Positions 48,515 to 64,000 of a DNA stretch of 64,000 bases are shown here, piece by piece (positions within the stretch are counted from its first letter, which is position 1; each line of letters opens with the position of its first letter). Made by a program: the position numbers and the translations under genes. The notes under the pieces were generated by a model that was not told where the DNA came from, did no database searches, and was given only the letters and a program-made list of their open reading frames with translations. Source of the DNA: Schmidtea polychroa (Eukaryota); contig CM097885.1 in the NCBI GenBank assembly GCA_044892525.1, positions 47,741,727 through 47,805,726 of the forward strand. Direction: 5' to 3'.

Positions 48515-49170
48515 TTAACAATACTCTTTGATTTCTAATCTAAGATTGTCCTTAAATGGCTTATTTATCACCAAATCTAAACTTTGAAGATACCGTGTCA
48601 TTCCAGACGGTATCATTATTTGATCAACGCCTCTCTCTTTAAGAAAATTCTTCATATCATTGGCACGATGAGTGATGGCTGAATTCCATTTAAGTAAACC
48701 TCTTCTATTGCCTCTCAAAACCATTGGCAACAATAGGTCAATCCATTTTCAAATTGCTGCTTGGATACTCCATACCTTTTCTGTTTCCAGAATGTACACA
48801 TCAGACAACTGCTCAATTTTATCTTTCTTTCCTTTAACAATAATAAAAGGAGCTGGCTTTGTTCCATCCAAACGAAATGCAAGAATACTGGAAACCCTTT
48901 GGCTTTCATAACCTGTTGAGGGAATATAGATTGATGACACCTTACGGCAATTAGTATTTATGAAAATCAATATTATAAACAAATCTCTTATACATTATTG
49001 CTCTCGAAACAATTTCATTATCTTCTAACTTTAAAAGAGAGCTTCCTTTTTGAAGTGATAATTCATTACGAAGTCAAAATTTATCAAATCAGTTCGTTGA
49101 GGCTTTAAAATCCAGCATTTCATTTTTGGAAGCCAAATCTACTACAAAGTTCTGAATGTCACATCTTCTT
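48515..49170 (-). pseudogene. pogo/Tigger-like DDE transposase remnant
   Basis: STGYESQRVSSILAFRLDGTKPAPFII and IMIPSGMTRYLQSLDLVINKPFK in broken frames. Confidence 0.85.
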
Positions 49171-49198
49171 ACGATTAAACCGCTTTTAATAGGAAAAA

Positions 49199-49314
<116 letters not shown>

Positions 49315-50152
49315 TTTTGTGCTGAATAATAACTGTCTGAATCCTTTGTGTTCTTTTTGAAATTAAGTAAACAACCAAACACAAAAATCTTTATTCTTGA
49401 CTAATACCTTTACACTCTCGTTACACTTTTATTAATTCAACCACACTTGATACAACCCTTTTTTGGTCTGCACTTTTCAATACAACTGCAAATCTTACGT
49501 AGGGATAAATCTTCCAACGGGAGATGTCCCTTTCTGGTACACTCGATTTAAATTATTCAATTGACACTGACTTCAAAGTTTTCATTGTTACTCGCGCTAA
49601 ATTTCTCGTTTCCTTTTCTTCGACCAATTGGCAATTCTGTTTACTTGCCGGTCGCTTTTATCCCCCATTTTGTAATTGATTTTACTTTGTCAAATTAGTC
49701 TGGATCCAACTCCCCCCTCCAACTTCCTCTTGTCGCGCTAATTGCTTTGAGGAATTTGCTCGTCTCCTTTGACGGCTTGCCCCAATTTAATTATAGTCGG
49801 CTGATTTAATTGCCTTTCCTAATTTGATGGATAATTCAGGCTCTCTCATATCGCTCGGGTCTTCCATTGTCTCGGGTTTACCATTAGTTCGGGTTCTCCA
49901 TTTGTTTATTAATTTTTAATTAATTTTTGTTTTTTGTAATTTATTCCTTCTAGGGACCCCCCATTGATTTTATTTTATTATAGTTGAACTCGTCTCATTA
50001 TTCAGTATCCGCCCATACCAGTTTCCCCCGGAAAACATTCATTTTGAATTTTTTGATTTTTCTAATTAATATTTTGTACTTTAAATTTTTATTGTGAACT
50101 TGATGTTTTTATTGATTTTTCACCTCACTTTTGAACCTCTCTTGTTGACCTT

Positions 50153-50299
<147 letters not shown>

Positions 50300-51930
50300 G
50301 GTTGCCAACTCCCACAACCTCGAATCCGGGAGATTATAAAATTGCGAACAGTATAACGCTTAAGAAATAATATAACAGGTGTTTTTTCACTTTTTTGGTT
50401 TATACATGTTACTAGTTTTTAAACATTAAAATTTTAAAAGTGAAAAAAACCTGACAGTGGCAGACTAATAACGTGGGTAAGAAGAAAAACACGAAATAGC
50501 TTGCCGCGAACAAACAACTTAAACTTCCGGTGACTGTGAGCAAAAATAAATCTTGACTATCATTATTTTAGAGAAATCAAATAAAAGTTAAAATTTTAAA
50601 AACTGTACTTTTTTCTTGAAAAATTGTATAATATTGTAAAATCGGAATATAGGAGATTAACATCTCCCAGGAGACGATATATAACCGGGAGACGATATAT
50701 AAAATTAATTTTAAAAGTATTTTTACATAACATTGAATATCATTTTTAAAACAAATATACAAAAAGAAAATATTTATTAAATGCAATCACGTTGTATTCT
50801 TTATGATAAAATATCTCAATTATATCAAATTAAAAAATAATTAAATAATAAATATTACTAATATAAATATGAGCGGATTATAAAATTTATTTAAATACAT
50901 TTGAATTATTTACTAAGAAAAAATATAATTGTAATATTATTTGAAATTTAAATTTAGCTTTTATTTTCAGTTATATATTTCTATATTAATTTAAATATTT
51001 GGTTTATTTGAAATTTGTTTAAATCGACTAGTAAAATTATTGAAAAATAAATTACTGAATTGAATAAAATTTCTGGATTGTTAATTTATCCAAATAATTT
51101 TTTATTTTCTAAATTTTTACTCAAATATTTTGTAGTTTCTCTATCTGAGAGCTAAGCTATAACAAATTGTGTCCTTTCTTCGCTAAGAATATTTTATCAC
51201 CATTTTACACAGAAGAATTATTAGAAATAATAAATGACGTTCATATTTTCACGGTTCAGTGCTTCCATTTGACATAAATTAGTTTTTTTTATTTCTTTTA
51301 ATGACTTTTAAAATTTCAATTTTTAATAATGGTTTATCATTAGTAAGCAAAATTTTACATTGAAGATCATTGACGTGTTACGTTTTCAGGGGTGTGTCTT
51401 TAAGTTATTCTAAATTACGTCTATTGTTAATAACTGTAATTTATTTAGACATTTTGTTAAAACAACTATCGCTGAAGAATGCGTAAATTGTGCGAAAATC
51501 AAATGTGAAAATAAATTTTGAAGAATTTAATTGCAAATCAAGTGTCTTTCAAGAAGTTGAGGTGAAATATTATATAATGAGTATGTGAGTATTTACAAAT
51601 GTAATGCCGATCATTGTTAATCGAAATTATGACTGGGGCATCCAATCCCGGGATTTATAGACATTTAATGTATTTTTAAAGAAAAAAAGCATAATATATC
51701 TAATGTGTTTCAACATTTAAAGCAAAAAATAAATATGGTAGACTATGTCACAAATATTATTAAAATTTAAATAGATAATATTTCATGAGTAACCATTTTA
51801 TTAATTGAACAGGAATAATTTATTTTATGAATAAACACCTTGCAAATGGCTACACAGTTATTTCAATTATATTTTTATAAATGATTTCACCACCGGCAAG
51901 TTATTTAAAAGTTTATTTAATGTCTTCGTC

Positions 51931-52656
51931 TAGTAGTAGGATGTGGGCTCCCCAGACCAGGTCCCCGCCAGGCCACATATACCCCCTCCCCCCCCGGGAA
52001 AAAATTTTTTTTTTAAATAAAAGGTCAAGGTCATTTTTTAATTTAATTTTTTGTTTTAATTAAGTGATCATTTAATTTTTCAAGGTCATATTTTAAAATT
52101 TAAATGTACAGAGTTCCCGCCAACAAATATTATTAAACGATACCTCATTTTAAAGCTCGGTCTAAGACCTTTCGATTGATCCATGGAAGGTATCATCATC
52201 ATTAATATTAACAAAGTTATTAACATTTAACCAAAAATCATTTTCAAGGTCATATAATTATTAGTGGTCCAGCGGTGACCTGGTTTTCGTTTGCCCCAAA
52301 GTTATCGTTCCCATTATCCGAATTTATTATTGGATAGCTTATTTTGAAGCTTAGTGCAAGATCTATCTACTGATGTATAAAAATTATCATCATCATTATT
52401 ATTGGCAAAATTATTAACGTTTTCCCGAGACCATTTTCAAGGTCATTTATTTTTCAAAATATTATTATTTCCAAGGTCATTTATTTTTCAAGGTCATTTA
52501 TTTTTTCAAGGTCGCGTGACTCATAAAGGTCATTTTTTTTTCAAGGTCATTTTTTAATTTAATTTTTTGTTTTAATTAAGTGATCATTAAATTTTTCAAG
52601 GTCATTTATTTTTTTCAAAATATTATTTTTTCAAGGTCATTTATTATTATTATTAA

Positions 52657-52715
<59 letters not shown>

Positions 52716-52912
52716 CTCTTAGTCTATCCGACAAGATATTTTGTCCCCCTAAGGGTATTGCTCACAAGGGCACTACTCACATGGGTAATTGCTCACAAGG
52801 GCACTACTCACATGGGTAATTGTCACAAGGGTACTACTCACATTCAACATGTCGTAAATTATTTTCAAATACAAGTTCAAAGTATTATTATTTATTTTTA
52901 ACACGCACGGGA

Positions 52913-52957
<45 letters not shown>

Positions 52958-53314
52958 ATTATAATTATTATATACTCCTAGTCTATCCGACAAGATATTC
53001 TGCCCCCCCTATGTGTACTGCTTACATAGGTAATGGTTACAAGGGTACTTCTCACATTCAAAATGTCTCAAAGGGCATATTATAATTACTATTAAAATTA
53101 TTATTAAATTCCGACCAACTTAAATCAATGAAGGGGTAGAACAAAATATATTACGTTGCGGTATTTTAAAATTTAAATATATTTTAAAAACGTATTTTGA
53201 CACTAAATTTTACTTAATTAACAAAGACATAATTATTGCACATGCTTTGCATAAATATTATTATTATTTTTTGCATTTTCAATATTTTCTTTTAAAGTAT
53301 TAACACGCGCGGGA

Positions 53315-53392
<78 letters not shown>

Positions 53393-56300
53393 GTTAATGA
53401 AAAATCTAAAATATGGTTTACACACACAACCCCTCAACCATTATTATTATCATTATTAGTGAAAACCTAAAATATTTTTTACACACACACACAACCCATT
53501 AACAATTATTATTATCAATATTAGTGAAAACCTCAAATATTTTTTACACACATATACAACCCATTAAACTTTATTATTATTATTATTATTATAATTATTA
53601 TTATTATTAGTGAAAAAACCTTAAATAATTTTTACATACTAAGTTATGGGGTAGAGTATTATTATGTTTGCAGTATTCTGTGTTTGCCTTTACATGAAGT
53701 TGTCAATAAGGAGCGATAATTTTACACATACATTCTATATACACATACCTTGTTTAACATGGGTGTATATACTTCTAGTCTATCCGACAAGATATTCTGT
53801 CCCCTATGGGTATTGCTCACAAAGGTACTACTCACATTCAACATATCGCAAGGGTATATTAATTAGGGTTAGTAAATAAAACTTATCACACACACTATTT
53901 AAACTATAAAATCAAGACAAGAGAGGACAAGGCAAAGTTTATGCATTTAGTATTGCCAGGTCTAATGAGCAGTGACCAAATATCTGTGCCTGAAAGACAC
54001 GGTGGATATTTGTTCGCGTCCACAAGGGTCGTCTGTGCCTCCCCAAGTGGGGTCAAAAGAACCTGGGCATTATAGCTTTCCGTACGGAACATTACGCCTA
54101 GCATGGGTAGTCAACTACCAGCACATACGTATAATTTCAAAATACATGCGTCATTGGCACTATAACCAAATTAATTAATGTTTTCACTAACACAAATATA
54201 TATTTACAGAGGCCTCCCACTAGTTGGATTACAACCGCCCACCACGACGATCAGCTTGTAAACATATATTAATTAAGGGATAAAGAGGACCCACCCAACC
54301 CTATTATATTTAATTTACAAATTTTTCTCGCTCTTCTGTTGGTAATCTATCTCAAAATTAATCTCTCCATCAGGCCATTTGATAGTGATTTCATGGAATA
54401 CATCTTGCGAATTGGACATATTTCTTTGTTTCTGATGTGGTGTCAACTATCATTGCTAAAATTTATATTGATTTAAAAGCAATTAACTTACATTATCTAG
54501 CATTTTATCATCACAGGCTTGATAAATTAGGCAACTGTTATTTGTGGTATACTTTTTCAATGTCATTTCCCACCATAAAACACAGATACCTAAATATAAT
54601 ATATATATTTTAAAGAATTAATTCATGTCTTACATTAATAATAATATTCTTCAGGTAGTACTTTACTTAATTGCTAAAACGTCGGTTTTTCCCATTTTTC
54701 TTGACATTCGTTGAAAGTTTACATAATTTAAGTAAACATTCATGTTGAAGGACACCCACAATCAGCTAATTCATTTAAGAAATCCCGAACATAGCAATGT
54801 TTCACCATTTTGTCTGGTTCATTTTCTTCTATAATTCATGTTTTAATAAGAAATCTCTAAATCCAGAACATAAGTCATTTAGTGTTTCACCATTTTGTTC
54901 ATCTTCTTCATAATTATATAATTCATTTTCTTCATTACTAAGTAAAATAATTAAAATATTGTAGTAAATTCTTTATTTACTTACTTTATGGATACTAAAA
55001 CGAAAGAAATAACGTTATAATTTAAATTTAGTTATTTAAACATATTTAAACACTTTAGTTATTTAAGCATATTTAAACATTAATATTATTATATAGTATA
55101 ATTTTATATAATTTTATATAATATTATAATATTATAATATTATGTATTGTAAATTTAATATATCCTTAATTTAATTTTTTAAATTCAAAAATTTATAATG
55201 AAGATTCTTTGAATTAAAAAATATTCTGTTAGTATTTCCAGGCAGAAAACAACGAATTCAATAATTAAAATCTTAATTTTCATGTTGTTAGGGTTGTGGC
55301 CAGAAGTTAATCGCCATCTAATCGTTTGTTCTCAATTTCGCTCATTTTTGTTCAAAACATTCAGGTGAGTTGTTATCTGGAAAGTTTCTTTGAGCTCAGT
55401 TTTGTTAAAACACTCACGGTATTCTTGAGGGACGTGACACTGGGAATAAATTAACAATGGGTGGTCTTGCATACATGTTGTTGGTTTGAACTGTTGATTT
55501 ATTTTAGAAATTTGTATATTAAAAACATTTAAGGTATCATTCAGTAAAATAATATAGTATTTTTGAGTATGTTTTAGTTGATTTATAAATAACAGTATTT
55601 TGATATATCAATAAAGACCATATACTCCTAGTTTATCCGACAAAATATTCTGTCCCCCTATGGATATTGCTAGCAAGGGTACTGGTCACATTCAACATGT
55701 CGCAAGGCTATATTAATCATTTAGAAATTCTTAGGTAATTTAGTGAGATGATCAGAAATTCGTGAATATTTTAAATGTAACTTTACACTTATGTCGAGCG
55801 ACTAATTTATTGGTTAACTTTGTAGTCATTTAAAGCAAAAATTAATTTATTCATCTAATGTTCGTTACAATAGTTAATAATATGAGAAAAACATGGTCAT
55901 TATTCATTGATAATTTTAAATTCTTTATCATTTGGAGTAAATTTGTTTGAGGCAAAAATAATTAAAGGAGTCATAATAGAAATATGGTTATCATTTATCC
56001 AATTAAGGGGCCTATTATTTAGAAATATATATTATAAAGTAACAATTATTTTCTAATTTAATTAGATGATCATTAGACGTAATATATCTTTGCGAGAAAT
56101 TTAAGATGTTTGAGTAACCAAAACATGGACATTTTGTGCGATAAATTTATGAATATTGCTTAATTTTGTTATTTTTAGTCATTTAAAATAATATTTAGCA
56201 AAGGTAATTTAGCAAAATATCATTTATCCACCCGATAACAATATTCCTTCAATAGATTAACTGATATTCAACCGATTTAATTTCTGGAAATATAATTAAA

Positions 56301-57530
56301 ATCATAAATTTCCTTCATGAAAGTTAAATTTTCTTTAGTTGTCGATGTCTAACTCTTTTAAGTCAATATTTTTGTTACCGTTATCTTCATAATGAATGTC
56401 CGTCTTTAAAATGTTAAATAAAATAATTTAAAGCAATAACCTTTGATATCAATTATCTCTAAATATTTCAAATATTGCATTGTCAAAACCAAGTAAATTA
56501 GTCATTACCCATTAATAAAACCGTGGATAATTAATAAAAACTGGTTCTGAAACATAAATTACTGTGCAATAACATTCATCACAACCTCTAAAACGATATC
56601 ATTTCACAGGAACTATTCATAGCTGACTATTTCCCTTGAAAATTTGATATTTTACCAATAAGAATATATAAATATTCAAAACATTAACCGATCCCTCACC
56701 AAATATCTTTACCCCTTAAAACACCTTAAATCGTATATATTACCATCTTAACCTTCACTAAATCCAACCGAATATAATTTCATCCACTTGTGCCCTTTAA
56801 TAAATCTTAAAATCTATAGAAAATTCTTCAAAATATGAATTTTATTTAATTGTCACAGACATTCTTCCATTGAAATAATTTAGTAGCTAAATTCAAAGAG
56901 TCCACTAAAAGATCAAAATTCATTAAAATAAATATTTAACCACATGTGTCATCAAATACCTAACTAGAGATGATAATATCTCATTGATTGATCATAATTA
57001 TAACCATTATAACATGATATATCTTTCAAACTAAATTTAGGTATATTTTACAATAATTTTCAAGTAGATTTTAAATATATCATCATCGTGAAAAAATTAG
57101 ATTGTTTCAACTTTAGATTTTCAATATTTTAAAGTTCATCAATGTGTAAATATTCTTAGAAAAATATATGAAAAAATTATTTAGTCAAATTATCATTACA
57201 AAGTCATCATCATCATCAAAATTAATAAAATATAGCAAATTATCAAGAAATTAATTAAATTTATCTTAGAATTAACACTAAACCTTAAATATTCTTTCAA
57301 TTAACATGAAATTCACAAAAAAATGTTAGTAAAATCCCGCTAACTCTAAAAAATTACCAATGAATTTAATGCCAAATAATAACCAAATATTTGCCTAAAT
57401 AAAATCATTAAAACACACCAGTACCTTTACGACCAGTACCCTTACGACCAGTACCCTTACGACCAATACCCTTACAAGCAGTACCCATAGAGGGAGAAAA
57501 TATTTTGTCGGATAAACTCCGAGTATATAT
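51931..57530. repeat. Complex non-coding repeat region (probable non-autonomous element)
   Basis: TCAAGGTCA cluster, (TTA)n tracts, module TAGTCTATCCGACAAGATATT..CAAGGGTACT at ~52720, 52979, 53776, 55629 and inverted at ~57420-57530. Confidence 0.65.
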
Positions 57531-58881
57531 ATAATAAAACGAATTAACAATAACTCCATCAAATTGAATCAGTCAAATTATCACAAATTTTAATAAAAAA
57601 TCTTATTCTAAAGTGGTAAGCAGCGTAAAATCGAAAGATAATTTTAATAACACAGAGATAAAATTAACAATATATATAATTGTCCTTAAGACATTTGCAT
57701 ATTTTTCATTCTTAAAATTTATATATGAATTATTTACAACGTTTGATTATTATTTTAATATAATTTTATCTCCTCTCTTTCCAAAACGCAAAAACCCAAT
57801 TTTAATAAATAACAAAACGGTCAATATCACCGTCCGATACAAGCTTTTGTATCAAGTCCACGTAACCTCAAATTTCGCGAAAGGCCTATCAAAACATTTT
57901 TTAATATGTTGGGGTTCGGTACGAGCCGGAATAAAAGATATTAGGACAGTTTTTGAATTAAATAGAATTAATTATTATTAGTACTTAAAAGTTACTTAAA
58001 ATAGAAATAAATCATTAATAATTACTATAATAAGAAATAGAGTATAAATAGTAAATAAAAATTACCATACTTAGAATATAAATAAAAATAGTATTTAAAT
58101 AAAAATATGTAGTAAAAATAGTAATTAAATAATTACTATAAATAGAATTATTAACTTTAAATTAATATAAATAGAGATACAAATTTGAACAAAGAGCAGA
58201 CAATTTTAAATTTGACGAGAAGGTTCATAATAAACGGAAAACATTAATTAGTCAAGAAAAAGTTAGACTGAATTCAATTTGTAAAAATCAACACTAAGGA
58301 AGAAATCAATGAAATCATGAATTTGATCTGTTGTCATTGATCTTGAGAATAACTGAAAATATATAAAAAATATAATAAATTAAAAAGTAATAATTAAAAT
58401 AATATAGAAAATTTTAGGAAATATACTTTCAAAAGATAGGATTTAAAAATCAAAATTGACACATTTATTGAAATATTTAAATAGCGTATATAAATAGTTA
58501 TTGGAGGCTTTATTTTCAAATATTTTGAAATATTTTATTAGGCTTCTAGAAGCTAATTATAGAGGCTTTATAAAAATTTTAAAAATTTTTAGTTTGTGTC
58601 ATTTTGAATTTTAAATGGTATTTATTTTATTTTATTTTTAATTTTAATTTTCAATAAAATTTTAGAAATTTTTAATAAAAAAATTCATAAAAAGAAAGAA
58701 TATATTATATTTATAACAAATGAGAATTAAGAAAAAGGAAATAAAAGAAAGATAGAAGTGTATTTTCGGGAAGAAGATTGCTAAATTCCAGGAGATTGAC
58801 AAGGACTATCTTATAGTCGAAATTTTTTCATTAAATACATTATTTGCAGTAAAAGGCTTAAATTATCACTTTATTGTTTTA

Positions 58882-58976
<95 letters not shown>
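58882..58976. repeat. (AAT)n microsatellite
   Basis: Directly visible. Confidence 0.95.
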
Positions 58977-58979
<3 letters not shown>

Positions 58980-60059
58980 TAAAATTTAATAATAATAAAG
59001 AATGAGACATTCAACTCGTAAGAAAGAAAGAAAGGAAGAATAAAAGTTTTATCTTATATTTATAGAATAAAATACCTTTATAGAATATAACGCATTTATT
59101 ATTATTTTCAATGCGGCTAATTCAAAAGGGTACATCTAAAAAAATATGAAATTGTTTTCATGAGAATGTGATAACCGTAATAAAAAAACAAGTTATCTGT
59201 CATACTAGTTGACAGGCTTTTTAATTGTTCTTTAATTTAATGAGTTTTTGAAACTGATTTTATTTCTCATTACTTATTTATATTAAAATGTAAAATAAAA
59301 TAAATGTATTTGATAATAATTAATAGACAATAATTAAATACAAATATGATTTTAAGCAACCCAAAAATGATCGCGATAATTATTCTCAATTATAGGTTAT
59401 GTCAAACCATTCTCAAATTTAAAAGTATTATAAGCTGAGTCTAAATAGCTCCCAGACTCGGAATTAGGTGAATGGTAGAAGACGAGGGTTTCCAAAAGTT
59501 TAATGCGATCGCAGTACTCAGGATCAGTATCTGCTTCTAGCTCCTATCAAACTTTTCTCAAATTTTATTACAATTTAATCCCGGGGTTTCAGTATAAATT
59601 ACTATTTATAAATAATTAATGCCTTTAAATATATTTTTATAATATTTAATAATTTTAAATTTCTATTTTCAGTTATTTCTTATTTTAAGTAAATAAAAAA
59701 TTTCTATTTTTAACCATTTACTATTATTTTTAGTAATTATTTATTATTATTTTTTAATTATTGTAACATAATCGTTCTGGATCAAACCCTGTTGGCTCAA
59801 CCCCAACATTACCACCATAAGCGTTTGACCTATATTATCAAGTTTTCTTTACTAAATGTCCACCTATGCTTTCCTAAGAGATTTCACAGCAGGAAATAAT
59901 TATTTCAACCGTAGGAAAATAGAGAGTTGTGGCAGGCGGTAATTGACGGTAATAGACGGGGGGTAATGCCCTAGACCCATCTAGTATTTATTTTTTAACT
60001 GGTAAAAGCGTTAATTATAAAATCAATTTTTTATTTTATTATGTAAGAAAGCCAAAATG

Positions 60060-61260
60060 GAACATAATTGAAAAAAGTTAACTGGTCCTGCCAATCGTAA
60101 ATTAAAGAAAAAGAAAAAAGCGAGGCAAAAGCTTTCCTGGAAAAAGTGCCTCATTAACAAATTTCTTTAAAAAGGGCGAAACACTTTCCATGGAAATTAC
60201 ACAAGGTAAGCAACACAAAGAAGGAAAAGAAAACAATCAACAACAGTATGAAAATAATACCCAACAATCAAATGTGAAAGAAAAAGAAGAGAACCGAGCG
60301 CAACAAAACCTGCAACAGCCATGGTCAGAAGATCAGGAAGGAGGATATTTAGATGAAGATATGAAGATTTAGATGTTGAATATTAATTATATTTTATAGA
60401 CATTTACAAAAAAGAAACTGGATTTGTACTCCAACAATTCAGGAAAAGTTTATTTCATCTCTTGCAAACTATTTGGTAGTGAGAATAATCCATTTAGTAC
60501 AGGTTTCAATGATTGGAAACACAGCGAATAAAACGAAAATTCGGCCCTGCATAAAGAAAGCACCCGTATACTTGTTAACAGATCTACAACTGAATGTGAA
60601 TATTTTAAAAATTATTCTATTATATCAATGGAAAAATACGAATTACTGGGAAAATTTTTTTAGCAGATCGTTGAAGAAATCACATTTTAAGTTCAAGGGG
60701 AGGGGTTGGCTTTTTGGGGAGAAAATAAAACTGTAAATGATAAACACAATGGGAATTATTCAGAATTAAATGTGAGAAGTTTTATTATCAAGGAATTAAA
60801 AGACGCAAAAAATTACTCCATCATAGCAGATTCGACGCCCGATATTTCCCATGTTAATCAATTAACCATTATCGTAAGATATGTCAATATAAATGGAATA
60901 CCCGTTGAAAGGTTTTGGAAATTTTTAGAAGATACTGGCCATAAGAGCGCAGAAATGCAAGATTGTATTTTAAAGCTATTTTCTGATTTATATATTAGTT
61001 TGGAAGATTGTAGAGGACAACCTTATGATAATGCCTCTAATATTTCTGGTATATACAGAAGCCTTGAAGCACGCATTAAACCTCGAAACAATATTGCCAT
61101 TTACGTACTCTATGCAGCACATTCTTTGAATTTAATTGAACAATCGGCAGCGGAATGCTGTGTAAAAGAAACTAAATTATTTTTATTTTTACAAAATTTA
61201 TATAATTTCTTTGCCGCGTTAATATCAAGATGGGAAAATAAGTCACTACATAAAGAATAG
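60060..61260 (+). pseudogene. hAT transposase remnant (ZMYM/DUF4371-type)
   Basis: GFNDWKH, LAFWG, YSIIADSTPDISHVNQLTIIVRYV, CRGQPYDNASN, AAHSLNL; fragmented. Confidence 0.88.
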
Positions 61261-62546
61261 CTCTCCGTGTACAATTCACCAATAACAATAATAATCACTA
61301 ATCGTCGATTGATTTAATCACAGGAATACGTTAGTCGATTGCTCTATGGCTTTGACCACAATTATTCACTCCTTTTCCACCTCTATATTAGGTTCACAAA
61401 GATTCTCGTTATACAATCAAATATCTCTTCTTAACTATTTTAAGTTTTAATTCAAATTCAAATTTCTCTTCGACTATAACTTCTGAACTCTTTATATTCA
61501 GTTTTTTTAACTGTCTTTTTAACTCCCTTTTTTAACTCTTTTAATTCGCCACTTTTAACTCTCATTGGTCTGTGTATTTTTCCTTTCTATAGTTTGTTAC
61601 ATTTGCAGTACTTGAGATAATTTTGTTTTCCATTTTCACCTTCCCGCATTTCCCACTGTCCCTACCTTATCTCTGGCAGATGTCGATATATGCCTTGCTT
61701 TTTCCCTTTTTCTGTTAGGTCGACTTTTCTTGGAATTTCGTTATCTGTGACAAACTGTCAAGATATAAAACAAAGGCTAGTACTAATTAATTAGTACAAA
61801 AAGGAAAAGGAATTTCGAAATCGGGAAAATAGAAAAAACAACAATATTCTTATCTCGACAGCTTGTCAGAAATAACGGGAATAAAACAGAAACAGGCCGG
61901 AGCCGCAAAAGGGAAAATTTGAAAATATCTTGACAGCTGTCAAAGATAACTCGGTCGCAGGGAAATTTGGGAAATCATGTTTGAGAAAAAAATGGGAAAT
62001 TAAAGATAAACTGAAATGCCACAAATTGATGAGGTATAAAAGGAGGTGGCACTGCAGAAGCAAGCAGAGCTAGAGAGAGAACAATTTAGAAAGAACTAAG
62101 AGAACACGTGAGAGAACAGTTTAGCGAACAGTTTGGAAGAGTAATTTAGAAGAAAAATTTAGAAGGAACAATCGAGAAAACAATTTGGGAAGGACCAGTT
62201 ATAGGAAATTTGGGGAATAATTTGTAGATATAATATTTAATTTATTTGGAGAATTTGACCCATGACGACAACTGACACAGCATAATGATAAAATATTAAG
62301 AGATCAAATATATTTACTGTATAACACCAGCCTTGTCTGAATTGTTACAGTGGGTTCGAAACAAGCCCGCCGACAGAAATTCCGGGCCCCTAGGCAGAGC
62401 ATTTCATGGGCCCTTAAAAATGTTGATAAAAACTAATATTTAAGAGCTTGAATAATGATCTCATATTTACATCGATCAAAATTCAAGTCTTAAAATTTAC
62501 TTTAAATAAAAAAAAATTAACGTAATAGTAGGTACAAGTGCGCTGC

Positions 62547-62804
62547 ATGACTCATCGTTGAACAAAGACATATGACTCATCGATGACTCATAACAAAGAA
62601 CATGACTCATACCCCACCCCCGGTGAGTCATAAATGACGTCATCGATGACTCATCATCCATATGAATCATCCTGGTGACTCATCACACATGACTCATCCC
62701 GATGACTCATCACGCATGACTCATACTGGTGACTCATCCGGGTGACTCATCACACATGCCTCATCCTAATGAGTCATCGCGCATGACACATTAAGGGTGA
62801 CTCA
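62547..62804. repeat. Degenerate tandem array of TGACTCAT motifs
   Basis: About 14 TGA(C/G)TCA plus one TGACGTCA in ~260 bp. Confidence 0.85.
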
Positions 62805-63180
62805 TTTCAAATTTAAATTTTAAATTCAAATTTTAAAAGGGTCAAATGATGTCAAACTTCATGGGTATCATTCGAAAGGTCTTGAAGAGCTCTATCTAAT
62901 GGTCATACCCTTGAAGGTTTAAGATGTATCCTTAACTTTCAAAAGGTCAAAAACCTTCAACATTTTAAAAACTATATAATATAGGTATCATTCTAAAGGT
63001 AATTCAATATGTTGTTCAATAGTCTAAACTACCGCAACGTAATAATATTGTTAACAAATTGAAAGTAATATTAACAAAGACAATGCAGTTTTAATGCAAT
63101 ATTAACAAAGACCCTTCAATCCATGTGCATAATCAAACAATTACTACTACTACTACTACTACTCCTAATTTACAATCATT

Positions 63181-63907
<727 letters not shown>

Positions 63908-64000
63908 AAATAAAAATAATTTTACTCAAAATTTATCCGTTTGTTTCTGTCGGTTGATCGCGCAATTCCTGCACTCTCCGTAGTAAATATCTATTTAATC

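Noticed and set aside
61260..62350. Solo LTRs
   Set aside because: LTR-like composition and TG..CA candidates, but no partner LTR, TSD or clear PBS could be fixed.

Overview
AT-rich eukaryotic (animal-like) genomic DNA. It holds three host genes with mostly tiny 42-52 bp GT-AG introns: a PPM1D/Wip1-like phosphatase (+), an SLC9B/NHA-type Na+/H+ antiporter (-, six exons over 30 kb), and an Rh-family ammonia transporter (+) placed head-to-head with the antiporter. The 21.3 kb fourth intron of the antiporter holds a full-length 14.8 kb Polinton/Maverick (adintovirus-like) endogenous virus (16144-30918; ~980 bp TIRs starting AGTAGT; 6-bp TSD TATTTG) encoding pPolB, a membrane protein, a fibre-like protein, penton, adenain protease, core proteins, packaging ATPase, integrase and major capsid. 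A compact 3.7 kb Gypsy LTR element with identical 97-bp LTRs starts 137 bp after it. The most unusual signal is that the Polinton carries five tRNA-sized (72-73 nt) units with Pol III A box, B box and oligo-T terminator at tRNA spacing but unpaired anticodon stems, a possible analogue of adenovirus VA RNAs. Its integrase is also fused to a parvovirus-type phospholipase A2 domain. The rest of the window is decayed hAT, pogo, Penelope and Gypsy remnants, piggyBac-type MITEs, a 1.7 kb minisatellite, microsatellites and repeats rich in TCAAGGTCA or TGACTCA motifs. All calls are from motif reading by eye; no searches were run.
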